64,000 nucleotides of DNA from an uncultured virus (IMG/VR IMGVR_UViG_3300030330_001568) (lineage: Duplodnaviria; Heunggongvirae; Uroviricota; Caudoviricetes; Crassvirales): the IMG/VR virus record IMGVR_UViG_3300030330_001568, one strand, 5' to 3'. A program made the position numbers and the translations under genes. Under the pieces are notes generated by a model, which was not told the origin of the DNA, searched no databases, and worked only from the letters and a program-made list of their open reading frames with translations. Of this stretch, positions 39,226 through 50,000 are shown piece after piece (position 1 is the stretch's first letter; each line of letters opens with the position of its first letter).

Positions 39226-40019
39226 TATTTAAGTATTTGTTCTTGAGTTTGTGTTGCCATAAAGAAATCTCTATGATGATTAATATTAGGTATTAACCTG
39301 CACCACATATTTTTAAATGCTTCTACTTTGTCTACTGATGGATAAGCAAGATCATTACCAGCACTGACACAGTATTGACCCCATTTAGCATCAGCAAAAG
39401 CCCAGTCAAACTGAGGATGTTTATATCCACCCATCAGCATTTGTCTAAGAACATACCACTCTAATGCTTGTTTAACATATACATTATCAGGAACCATAGG
39501 ATATCCTTCTTTATCTGTAGGATAGGCACTGTAATGTATTTTTAGCTTACCATCCGGAAAGTTTGTTTGTATAGCCCCGTTGTTTATAAGATAATAATCT
39601 CCTCCATAAGGACTATTTTGTGTTTTACGTAATGTCAGACCGCTTTGATTATTACTTGTATTGTTTACATCTGTTGTATAAGCAGAAGTAAAGGTAGAGC
39701 TGTCTGTACCATTAGGTGTCATGTTTGTTGTTCTTGGTGCATTTGGTAAATCATATCCAGCTGTATCTCCACCATAAGCTAAGGCAGATCCATTATATTC
39801 AACTTGATTTATCCATAATAAATCATTAGGTAATATAGCTTTATGACTACTTATTGTTAGTTCTGTTGCTTTTCTTTCTGTAGTAGATACATGTCCTATA
39901 AACTCCAAAGCTTCTCCAATCCACTCCATAGCATCTAGAACCCAGCCTTCATCATTGATTCTTAGGTCTCTAAATATTTTAGAGATAACATGTTTTGCAC
40001 TTGTGTGTTTATAATTCAT
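39225..40019 (-). CDS. Tail ring / tubular protein
   Basis: EWIGEALEFIG, I.TNF..G...I.Y.A..TD.EGYPMVPD; canonical position before the muzzle gene. Confidence 0.7.
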   Translation of the reverse strand: MNYKHTSAKHVISKIFRDLRINDEGWVLDAMEWIGEALEFIGHVSTTERKATELTISSHKAILPNDLLWINQVEYNGSALAYGGDTAGYDLPNAPRTTNMTPNGTDSSTFTSAYTTDVNNTSNNQSGLTLRKTQNSPYGGDYYLINNGAIQTNFPDGKLKIHYSAYPTDKEGYPMVPDNVYVKQALEWYVLRQMLMGGYKHPQFDWAFADAKWGQYCVSAGNDLAYPSVDKVEAFKNMWCRLIPNINHHRDFFMATQTQEQILK

Positions 40020-40477
40020 TTTTTTACATAGTTTAAGAATGCAAATTCATCCTGGTTTAACTTATTTGACAGTGCACGTTTTATCCCATTAGGTCCACTA
40101 GTAGGAGAAAACTTATACACACTTTTATTAGGTACTTGACATTTTGCTTTAGTCCAATACCAGCGAAACCAATGTTCGTCAGTATAATACACTACTTTAT
40201 CTATTCCTTGTTCTTTGAGTTTTTTAGTCTCAAAGTAATTTACACTTTTCTTATCAAAGTTTCTTTCTATTCTACGTATACTTATTGTACCTAATCTATG
40301 TCCCATATAAAACTCTTTACCATCTAATACTTTGTTAACAATCTTTTTGTTAAACTTTGATATTATATACTTAAATAGAGTATATGTTACATCTGTATCT
40401 GGGTTCTTTTTTACAAAGAACTTATACATGTCTTTTGCTCCGTATCTATTCATCTGGTTGTACTTCTTCGTTATCAT
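40016..40477 (-). CDS. IHF/HU-like protein of the crAss-like tail module
   Basis: FNKKIV..VLDG.EF.M..RLG.ISI, VYYTD, WYW.K..C; position between ring genes. Confidence 0.65.
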   Translation of the reverse strand: MITKKYNQMNRYGAKDMYKFFVKKNPDTDVTYTLFKYIISKFNKKIVNKVLDGKEFYMGHRLGTISIRRIERNFDKKSVNYFETKKLKEQGIDKVVYYTDEHWFRWYWTKAKCQVPNKSVYKFSPTSGPNGIKRALSNKLNQDEFAFLNYVKK

Positions 40478-41474
40478 TTACCGGGTTTTCTACTCTATAT
40501 TCACCAGATAATATAGATTGAGTTATCTGTTGTACCATATCCATAGTACAAGGAAACTCCATATCATCATTATAACATGGTTCTCCTAGATACGTAAATC
40601 CTCTTAGAGAGTCTACGTCTTCAAATATTGCTCTAACAAAAAGCTTAGGCAATACATAACTAGATCCTAAAATAGAATCTGAGGTTGGTATATTTAATGT
40701 ATATATTCTATTATTTTGATGAAAGTATTTAGGAGCATTTGCTGTATACTTAGTAAACGAAGAATAGTTTTGATTACCAGGAGTTATAGGAATTAATGGT
40801 ATTTTATCTACAGTTTTTTGACTTGCATCAATATCTCCAGTAGGTCTTATAGTAATTATAACATCTACAGTACCACCGATAGTGGCTTTTGGTATTGTTA
40901 AAGTATCTAATGCTGCGTAGCCTGACCCTCCATTAGTTATAGTAATAGCAGTTACTGCATTGCCACTAACTGTTACAGTTGCTGTAGCACCTGTTCCTGA
41001 TCCACTAGTTGTAGTAAGAGGAACAGTACCGACATTTCCATATACACCATCAGTAGCATCTGTTGTATTTGTAGTAATAGATCCTAGTAACTCGTCTGCA
41101 GTTGTAGACAATGCACCAGTATAATTATTTTGAAAGTAAGCTACCTCAAAAAAAGGCACTCCTCTTTTTAATCTTACTGGTTCTGGTAACTGAGAGTCTG
41201 ATTTATGTAAAGCTTGATTATTAATAGAAGTAGTAGGATCTATATCTCCTCCTGTTAATGCGGTAGCATTTGCAGGTGTAAGTGTTACAGCAGATATTGG
41301 AACTTCTATAGTTTGTATAAATGCGTCAGGAAGATAAGTATTTCTTTCTTGATCTCTTCGGATTAGCAGTGCACGATAATACTTTATTTGAAACTTCAAA
41401 CGTTCTATGTATGCCGCATTAGTACCTCTGCCAGAAGCATCAGCTATATTATATGCGATTTCGTTTAAAGTCAT
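40446..41474 (-). CDS. Tail ring protein with an inserted beta-rich domain
   Basis: MTLNEIAYNI...IKYYRALLIRRD, VRAIFED, C.NDD..FP; insert containing ITNGGSGY. Confidence 0.65.
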   Translation of the reverse strand: MTLNEIAYNIADASGRGTNAAYIERLKFQIKYYRALLIRRDQERNTYLPDAFIQTIEVPISAVTLTPANATALTGGDIDPTTSINNQALHKSDSQLPEPVRLKRGVPFFEVAYFQNNYTGALSTTADELLGSITTNTTDATDGVYGNVGTVPLTTTSGSGTGATATVTVSGNAVTAITITNGGSGYAALDTLTIPKATIGGTVDVIITIRPTGDIDASQKTVDKIPLIPITPGNQNYSSFTKYTANAPKYFHQNNRIYTLNIPTSDSILGSSYVLPKLFVRAIFEDVDSLRGFTYLGEPCYNDDMEFPCTMDMVQQITQSILSGEYRVENPVNDNEEVQPDE

Positions 41475-41495
41475 TGTTTATCGTTTTAAATTATT

Positions 41496-42122
41496 TCATG
41501 CACTCTTTTTTTTATTTACTTTAATATCTTTTGATTCTATTAACGTGTAAGTAAAACTATTACTCCACACAGTTCTAGCAGTATTAGCTAACTCCATAAG
41601 CTTTTTAAAGTCATCTGCAGCTGCTATTACCTGACAACCTGCAGACCACTTATCTATTTGTTTAGACTTTTTACCTGCATGTTTAGTTGCCCTGTGTATA
41701 TTTATTCCGAATAATCCAATTTCTACATTGTTTTCATTCTTATCATATACACCATCTTTGTTCTTATCTCTATAGACATGCACCGGTTTCATCTGTCTAA
41801 GTGCTTCATATTTTCCTTGGTGCAAACCTATTTTATGAGATCCTCTATACTGACCAGGTTTAAGTATTGCTACTCCTGATGCTTTAAGTATATTTTCTAC
41901 CCAATGGGTACCAGGATCTGTTGTACAATCAAACTCATGATACTGCCACTTGCGTCCTATTTTATAAGAAACAGTGATAGTATCATCAAAAGCATTAGTT
42001 ACTTTATTTTTAGTATCGGAGTTTCTAATACCTACAATATTTAAATTATAGTCTCCAGTATTAAACCATTTATAACCTTTACTTTTTACTGCTTGTTCTA
42101 GTATAGAATTATTATATTTCAT
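41496..42122 (-). CDS. Putative endolysin, L,D-transpeptidase (YkuD)-like catalytic domain
   Basis: LNIVGIRN, TTDPG, PGQY, GINIHRA...WSAGCQV (His...SxGC). Confidence 0.7.
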   Translation of the reverse strand: MKYNNSILEQAVKSKGYKWFNTGDYNLNIVGIRNSDTKNKVTNAFDDTITVSYKIGRKWQYHEFDCTTDPGTHWVENILKASGVAILKPGQYRGSHKIGLHQGKYEALRQMKPVHVYRDKNKDGVYDKNENNVEIGLFGINIHRATKHAGKKSKQIDKWSAGCQVIAAADDFKKLMELANTARTVWSNSFTYTLIESKDIKVNKKKSA

Positions 42123-42436
42123 TATCCTTCTTGCGGAGGAGCAGGAGGAGCTTCAGTAATAACACCTGTATTTTTATCTACAGATACTTCACCGTATTTT
42201 TCTTGTAGGGATTTTCTCATTTCGTTTTGATCCTCTACAGTTTTATCAAACTGTTCCTTCAAGCTTACCTCTCTTTTTTCTAAGTTCATTTTCATGATTT
42301 CAATTTCTCCAAATGCAAATTGTATTTGTTGAAACTTTTGGTCAAAATCTTGAACTTGTTTTAATTCATCACTAGTTAATTTTTTTTCTTCATTAACTGC
42401 AATGTCTTCCATTTTTGTTTCTGCTTTTTCTGCCAT
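42122..42436 (-). CDS. Coiled-coil hypothetical protein (104 aa)
   Basis: Helical heptads ending LQEKYGEVSVDKNTG. Confidence 0.7.
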   Translation of the reverse strand: MAEKAETKMEDIAVNEEKKLTSDELKQVQDFDQKFQQIQFAFGEIEIMKMNLEKREVSLKEQFDKTVEDQNEMRKSLQEKYGEVSVDKNTGVITEAPPAPPQEG

Positions 42437-42462
42437 TGTTTATTTAATTAAGTTAAAGTTTA

Positions 42463-42825
42463 TTATTCTTCTGTTTCTTCTTCCTCTGTTTCCTCTTCTT
42501 CTACCCAAGGTAAATTGTCTACCTCAACGTTAGTAGGAGTTATTTGATCATTGATAGCTTTTGTTACTATTTCGTTCATATGATCTGTTGGATGATTAGC
42601 CTGTGCCCAAGCTATTACATCTGATTCTTTTAAGTTTGCTAGCTCAATAAAATTGTCTTTATCAGGGTTTCCTATGGGACAAGACCCGTTAAAACTAGCA
42701 GTTTTACTTGTGTCTTCATCTGTACCTGTGTACTCGAAGTTAACATGAGTAATCACATCCGACAATCCGTCTAGCGAAGGTGCTTTTTTTAAAGCCGTGA
42801 TTTTCCATTCGTAGTTTATAGCCAT
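42463..42825 (-). CDS. Small acidic protein, possibly tail-fibre associated
   Basis: YEWKIT...FIELANLKESDVIAW...LPW; downstream of the fibre genes. Confidence 0.55.
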   Translation of the reverse strand: MAINYEWKITALKKAPSLDGLSDVITHVNFEYTGTDEDTSKTASFNGSCPIGNPDKDNFIELANLKESDVIAWAQANHPTDHMNEIVTKAINDQITPTNVEVDNLPWVEEEETEEEETEE

Positions 42826-42856
42826 AATATTAAATTTAAAAATTAATGTATATATA

Positions 42857-42889
42857 CAAATATATATTAAATTTTTTAATTATATCAAG
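42857..42889 (-). promoter_or_regulatory. Bacteroidota sigma70-type promoter (-33/-7)
   Basis: Minus strand reads CTTG-N21-TATATTTG, matching TTG/TAnnTTTG, ~30 nt before ATG 42825. Confidence 0.65.
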
Positions 42890-42908
42890 AATCAACTACA
42901 AAAAGGGA

Positions 42909-43502
42909 TTATGGTGGTGGTAACCCTCGTCCACCTCCACCGCCTCCAGGTCCTCCACCTGAACTACTACCATTTTGACTAACAGTACTTGTTCTAGTTG
43001 TTGTTGAGTTAGAATCTCCTACACCTCCGCCTGTTGTTCCTACATTTAGTGTAACTACAATATCTCCTTGTCTTGAACTTCCTGTATTAGCAGTAGTAGA
43101 AAATTTAACACTGCCATCACCTGTGCTAGGACTACTACTAGATGTTGATCCCTGAGTTATAGTTACCCAGCTAGGTTTAGATGATACATACCATGTTGAG
43201 TGCTCTGCGTGAGTAACTGTTATAGTATTATTAGAAGTACTACTACTTCCTAAACTAAATATTAGTGGACTAGTAGATAAAAGAATATCATGTTCATATT
43301 TGTAAAACTCACCCATTAAATGAGGACTAGAAGTATCTGGCTTGTTTTCATTTAGATTAGTAATGTTTATTGTACCATGTGTTCCGTCAGATACTTCACT
43401 TAATTTAGTAGAAGAACTAGTATGAGCAACAAGATAGCTATTGTTAGTTACTTCTCCTCTAATAAGAGATAAACGTATTGTTCCACTAGCTGGTACGGTC
43501 AT
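42909..43502 (-). CDS. BACON-domain protein with Gly/Pro tail
   Basis: WYVSSKPSWVTI...GDGSVKFSTTANTGSSRQGDIVV matches the BACON pattern. Confidence 0.7.
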   Translation of the reverse strand: MTVPASGTIRLSLIRGEVTNNSYLVAHTSSSTKLSEVSDGTHGTINITNLNENKPDTSSPHLMGEFYKYEHDILLSTSPLIFSLGSSSTSNNTITVTHAEHSTWYVSSKPSWVTITQGSTSSSSPSTGDGSVKFSTTANTGSSRQGDIVVTLNVGTTGGGVGDSNSTTTRTSTVSQNGSSSGGGPGGGGGGRGLPPP

Positions 43503-43504
43503 AA

Positions 43505-44074
43505 TTAAACTATTACAAATGGAACTTTATAAGTTGTTCCGTTAAAATATTTATTAGTTGGCGGATCTACTTCTACATCATGAAATGTTACATTATTAAA
43601 TCCTAAATCAACATCATTATTCCAATAAGAAATTTTACAGGAATCATTACCATAGTTAGAGACTAATGCTTTTAGTCCTATAACATCCGGATCTGCGTAT
43701 GTGTCTAATAAAATAGAATCATACGTTTTATATTGATCTATAACATCTGCCCAAGTTCCTTCTATTACTATTACATTATCTTTATCTTTTGCCCACTCTT
43801 TTAATCTTGGTATTATATCCTTGTGTAATTCAACTATAGTATGAGTTTTAGGATTTTTAGCTTGTATAGCATCAGATAAAATACCCATACCAAATCCTAA
43901 TTCTAATACATCATCTCCTTCACTAACAGTTAAATCTGCCATCTTTTCCATAATAGGCTGTTCCCAAGACATCATAATTTGATACGTTTCGTTATTCTCT
44001 GGATTAACCCAGTATATACCATCTGAATCAAAAGTTAAATTTGCTGCTCGGTAATTATCAACAAAAACAGACAT
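43505..44074 (-). CDS. Class I SAM-dependent methyltransferase, GAMT/RMT2-like
   Basis: IMMSWEQPIMEKMA, VLELGFGMGI, HTIVE.H, G.W, YDSILLDTY. Confidence 0.8.
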   Translation of the reverse strand: MSVFVDNYRAANLTFDSDGIYWVNPENNETYQIMMSWEQPIMEKMADLTVSEGDDVLELGFGMGILSDAIQAKNPKTHTIVELHKDIIPRLKEWAKDKDNVIVIEGTWADVIDQYKTYDSILLDTYADPDVIGLKALVSNYGNDSCKISYWNNDVDLGFNNVTFHDVEVDPPTNKYFNGTTYKVPFVIV

Positions 44075-47000
44075 TATTTATTTTTTAGTTGTTCTTTTAA
44101 ATCATTTACTTCTGCAGTAAGTTCTTTAACTGCTTCTATTAATACACCTACCATGTTACCATAAGATACAGAGTAATGACCGTCTGATTCTCTTTTATTA
44201 ACAACTTCTGGTATTATATCTTTTACTTCTTGAGCTATAACTCCCATCATTCTTTTATCACTAGATCCTTCATCTGTTCTTTTAAATGTAACACCTCTAA
44301 GTTTATTAACCTTATCCAAAGCATTTGGTATTGTTTCAACATCTGTTTTAACTCTAGCATCTGAATAAGCAGCTACATCATGAGAAGCATATATAGAAAT
44401 ATTACTGACGTTACCGTTTACATCTAAAGTATAATCAGGGGTTGAATCATTTATACCAACTCTACCATTTTGTTGTACAGTAAATACTTCACCACTACCT
44501 GCACCAGCAAATAGTCTCCACCTGTCTGCATCAAATCTTAATGTTGTTTTACCTGTATCACCATATTCCATTTGCTGTCCATTAGTACCAACAGCTAAGT
44601 TTCCTATTGTAGATGATGCACTCACTGAACCTGTTACAGATACACCACCACTTGTTGTTGCTAATTTTATAGCAGTGCCATAACCTAAATTACAAGTACT
44701 TGTAGGAAATAAATTTAAATTACCTCTTAAGTTTCTAATTTCTACATTAGCAAAACTATGATTAATTCTAAACTGGTCTGCATTACTAGCAGATGAATTA
44801 CCAGACAATAGTACAGTTTGTGAATCATTTCTATGAGAATCAATTGTACCGGTCATAGTACCACCAGCTAAAGGTAATTTATTATTAGCGTCAGATATAA
44901 ATGCAATTTGTGTCCAAGCTGTAGTATTGTTTATAGCGGTATTATTAAAGTTTCTATAATATATCTTACCATTTGAACTAAAACCTAACTGGCTATTATA
45001 TTCGCCAGCGTGTTTATTTAAAGTAATAATACCATTAGCATTGTTTACTGTTGGCATGCCTAATACATCAGCACCAGCTGAAGTTTGTCCAGTGTACAAT
45101 AAACAACTTGTACCAGGATGAGTACTTGCGTTACCGCCATCAGTAAGTTTTCCAGCCCCACTAGCTGATATGCCTGTTATGTTACTACCGTCACCATATA
45201 AATTAACAGCATAAACATTTCTATATCTTACGCCTGAAGTACCAAGATCATATGAATTATGAGCTTCTGGAAATGTATTTCTTGTTTGTAAAGTTTTAGC
45301 ATTTAAAGTTCCAGTCATAGTGCCACCAGCTAATGGTAGTTTAGTACTATCATTAGCAGAAGTAGATACACTACCGTCTGCCATTAGATATTGTGAAGAT
45401 GTACCCCCTGTTTTTACAAACTCATCAGCTTGCATTTTAAAATTACCACTACCAGCATTATGTAGTCTAAATGTTTTTGTACTTGATGTAGTTGTTTCTA
45501 ACCTATACGTATTAGTATCAGGAAATACAACATCATAATCAGCAACTCCAGCATCTGTTAATCTTAGTACTGGATCTGATGTTGATGTTGTTGAAGCTCT
45601 AAAGTAATTAGCTTGTACTATGTCAAGAATACTAGTACTAGCAGGAGAAACAAAATAAGCTGTATCAGATGAATCAAAGAATTTTGGAGCTCTAAAGCTA
45701 ACATCAGACTGTAAGTGTCCAGTTTTTGTTTGATTGTTTGAACCTGAATCTATTAAATCTATATAGTTAGAATATGCCGTTGATGATCCCCAGCTTTGAT
45801 TCCAAACTCTAACGCCACTTGGATTAGCTTTTTTAACCATAATAAGCGTATCATTACCTCCAGAAGAATCAGTGTAACTTCGCAGATGTAAAAAGTCTGC
45901 GTATGGCGCACTATTATTATTTGCAAACGAAGTAAATCCAAATTTTAATCTACCTGCCGCTAACTCAGAAGGTGATATAGTTCTATTATCTTCTCTAACT
46001 AAACGAAGTGAATCAGTAACGGTTCCAGAAATAGTTTGGTTAACACTTAACCCATATAAACTTGAAGTACCATTAGGGTCTAAAAAGTATGATGTATTAT
46101 TTGAATCATAAAATATAGGAGTTCTAACGTCAGAGTTTACAATAAGATTACTTCTTGTAATATTTACTTGACCATTTTGCTGTATATTCATTGCTGTTTT
46201 AGAACCTGTAGCATAACTATCAGTAGTTGAAAAATGCATTCTAGTACCATAACTACCATCTGATCTTATATATATACCAGCTTGTGCGTTAGTACCACCA
46301 CTAGCATCAGAAGCACCAAATGTTATTGCTCCACCTGCGTTATCAGTTCCAGTATTAGGATCTATATGAAGAGACCCTTTGGATGTACCTTGTGTTGTAG
46401 CATCCCAAACTTGACCTTCATTTAAATCTAAAACAGCAAGATTACTTCTAGAAGCTGCATCTACATAATAAGCTGTATCATTATAATCATAAAATATAGG
46501 AGCTCTCATGTCTGAAGTAGCCCAAACATCTCCTTGACCAGGCGTAGTGTTATAGCTTCCACTTGCAAACAAGTGTCTTACGTTTATACCCTGTGCTCCT
46601 GAACCTGTTGTTCCTTGTGAACCATCCAAAAATGATATAACACCCGAATGTTGTAAACTTGCAAAATATCCTCTTCTTGCAGTATCTATTACTGTATTAC
46701 TACCAACTGTAAGTGTGCCAGCAATAGTAGCGTTACCAGAGTCATTAAGTCTAAATTTTTCTTGGAAAGAAACAGTAGCACCTGCACTAGCTGAAGCGGT
46801 AAAATAAAATCTTATCTTATCTCTATCTAACTGTACTAATGATGTTTTACCAGCTTCAATAGCTGTACCCGCATCACTTGAATTATAAAAACAATTATTT
46901 GCTAGGAAAAGTTGATCAGCTCTAGTAAATAAACTAGTTTGATCATCCAGTGCTAAAACACTTGTGATATTTGAGTGATAAGTTTGTAAAGTACCACCAC

Positions 47001-50000
47001 CTAAAGCTACATTACCAGCAACATTTAATGATGTACCTGTGCTAGCTGGATCTAAATAGTAACTTGTATCGCTTGCATCATGATATGCCGTAGCTTGAAG
47101 ATATCCGGTAAGAGGTCTGTTTGTTTGAGCTATTTCATACCAAGATCCCCAGCTACCACCACTTCTATTTCTGTGATGTAGTGTACCAGGACTAGTACAA
47201 AAAGCCATTTGATGCATGTAGTTGTTAGTACCATCACCAGAATGCGTGTTAAAAGTTAATAAGCCATTACCATTATGTAAACCATCTCTTGGTCTATCGG
47301 TTGTAGAATTTTCAAATGTAGTATAAGACCAAGCGCCCTCAGTGTCCCAGTCTCTATCATTAAGTCTAGTGTTACTTCTTTTACCTCTAAAGTTTGGTAG
47401 CTCAGGATTACCAGCTGCAAAATTAATCATCTCATCTTGCATTACTAAATCACCTGTCATTGTACTACCGGTCAATTGTACATATCTATTATCCGCGTCT
47501 GATTGAGATATTCCACTACTACCACCACTTGCATCTTCCCAAGCTATACCACTACCTGTTGATGTTAATACCTGACCGTCAGAACCTTGTGCTCCATTAA
47601 TAGTAAGATTGTCTAAATTTAAAGTTCCTGTTACATCAGCTCCACTGCTTGTAGTTTCTAATTTTTTGTTATTATTATGGTATAATTTTACTTCACCGTC
47701 TCCAACAACTACAATACCATTTTCCCCATTCTGAGGTCTTATAAATATATCATCTGTTGCTTGTAAATACAGATCGTGTCCTGATCCTTGTGATTTTATA
47801 TATAAATCTCCTGCACTTGTTGTTGTGGTTTGAATATAGCTATTAGAACCATCATGATATATTTGTAGGTCGCTTGCATTTCCGAACCTAGCTTTGGCAC
47901 TATCTGCCCAAAGTGTATCTCTAGAATATGCAGCACTTAGCGAACTAGATTGTGATAAATCAGCAATCTCACCTAATGCAACTGTTTCAGTAAATGTGTC
48001 TGTTAATGTTGTTTCAAAAGAAATATCCCCAGTTTCATGACCACCCCATGCTCTAGCATGTAGCTCGAAACTAGTATGAGAACCACTCCTAAATAATCTG
48101 ATTATTACCTTATAAGCAGTACCACTTTTGATTACTCTTATACCTCTAAGATTTGGATAACCACCATTAGCTGTATATGTTGAGCCAGTACAATGAATTG
48201 ATGCTGTATTAGAGCCATGATAACCCCTTGTAATTACAAAAGATGCACTGTTATGAGCTGCTGTTTTTATATTTAAATATAGTGGTGATGTATTTTCTCC
48301 AAATTCTAACAACATATACTCATCGTCTAAACTTGTACCAGCAGTTACACTTGAACTAGTATTGCTTGAAGTGTATTTTTTTGATTTTAAAGATAAAGGA
48401 TGGAATGTACCACCAATGTTTAAGTCTGTACTTACTCTCAGATCATCAGCTACCCAAACACCTGCAGTGGCTGTTGTTGAAATTCTATAATAGCTTCCAT
48501 TAAAATCATAAGTTGTATACTTACCGTCATTAGCTGCGCTGTAGTGGTAAAGATTAGCACCATTACCTGAGTCACCAAGATATATATGACCACTTCCATT
48601 AGCATATAAAAATAAACTTTGATTCGCACTAACTGAGGTAATAGTTGGAGTTGCTAAACTAGTAGTTGTTAGTCCTTGAAAAGTACCATCTCTGTGTAAC
48701 TCAACTCTTGTTGTTCCTGAGTCTTGTATTCTTAGCAAGTCATCATTATTATCATCTAATCCAGTGACGTTTATTCTAAAACCACTTGCATTATTAGTAG
48801 AGTTTGCTTGTAAAATAGGACCAGCGTTACTTATAACTATATTACCAACAAAATTATTACTTCCAGTGCCATCTACATCTAAACTACCTGGAACTTTTAA
48901 AGATATACTAGAGTTACCTAAATCTAAATAATTAGTTGTTCCTGCTGTATCATAATAGATAGGTGATATTACTGAACCTGATACTTGTAATTGACCGGCT
49001 GTATTAACTCTAAAATAATTTGAGCCACTACCACTATGTGGATTAGTATTACTATCAGTTGCTACTGCACTAGTAGTAGCATTCATTCTACCAAACCACA
49101 AACCATTATCACCTATAATTAAGTTACCATGATTATTTGTACCATTACCTGGAACTTTAAATGATAAATAATCTCCTGTACTGTTTGTCCAACCTGCGTA
49201 TAATATATTATGTTCTGATGCATTACTCCAAGAAGAAACCTCTGTATTAATTAGCCTGCCTGTACCGGAATACTCTAAGTATTTAGAATTAGGTAATATT
49301 ATGTGACCTTTTGTATTAACATCACCGCTAGATATGTTAACTGAAAACTTTTCAGAAAAACTGTCATTATAAATTCTAAACTTATTGACATCAATACCTA
49401 TATAACCACCACCAATAGTACCACTAGTAGTTCTAAATAAACCAAGCTGTGCTGAACCACCGGATGTATTTATTCTAAAGTAATTACTTGCATCTGAGGT
49501 TAGTAATTTACTGTTACCACCATCTATTTCATCTACATATAAATCTCTAAATCTTGTTGCATTCTCACCTATATCATAAGTAGAATCAGCAGCAACGTAT
49601 ATGTGTCCATTGAATCTAGATCTAGTTGTATTTATTTGTAATCTTTCACCACCACCAAGAACAACTCTAAATGTATCATTACCGTCATCAAAACCAAAAT
49701 AACTATTAGTATCACCAGCATGATATATAGAATCAGGTATGTAAAGTGATCCTGTAAAAGTTGCTTCACCTGTATCATCTATTTGAAATCTTGTATATTG
49801 TGTACCACCTGAGCTAGCAGCTTCTTGGAATAATAATCTACCACTACTATCTATACTTAATTCCCATAACTGTGTAGTTGCATCTGATCTATATAATTGT
49901 AGATTTGGGTTAGTTGCTTTATTAATACGTATATTTCCTGAAGTTATATCACCTGTAAAAGTTGCGTTACCTGCTTGAGTTAATTCAAGTGCAGTGCTCA

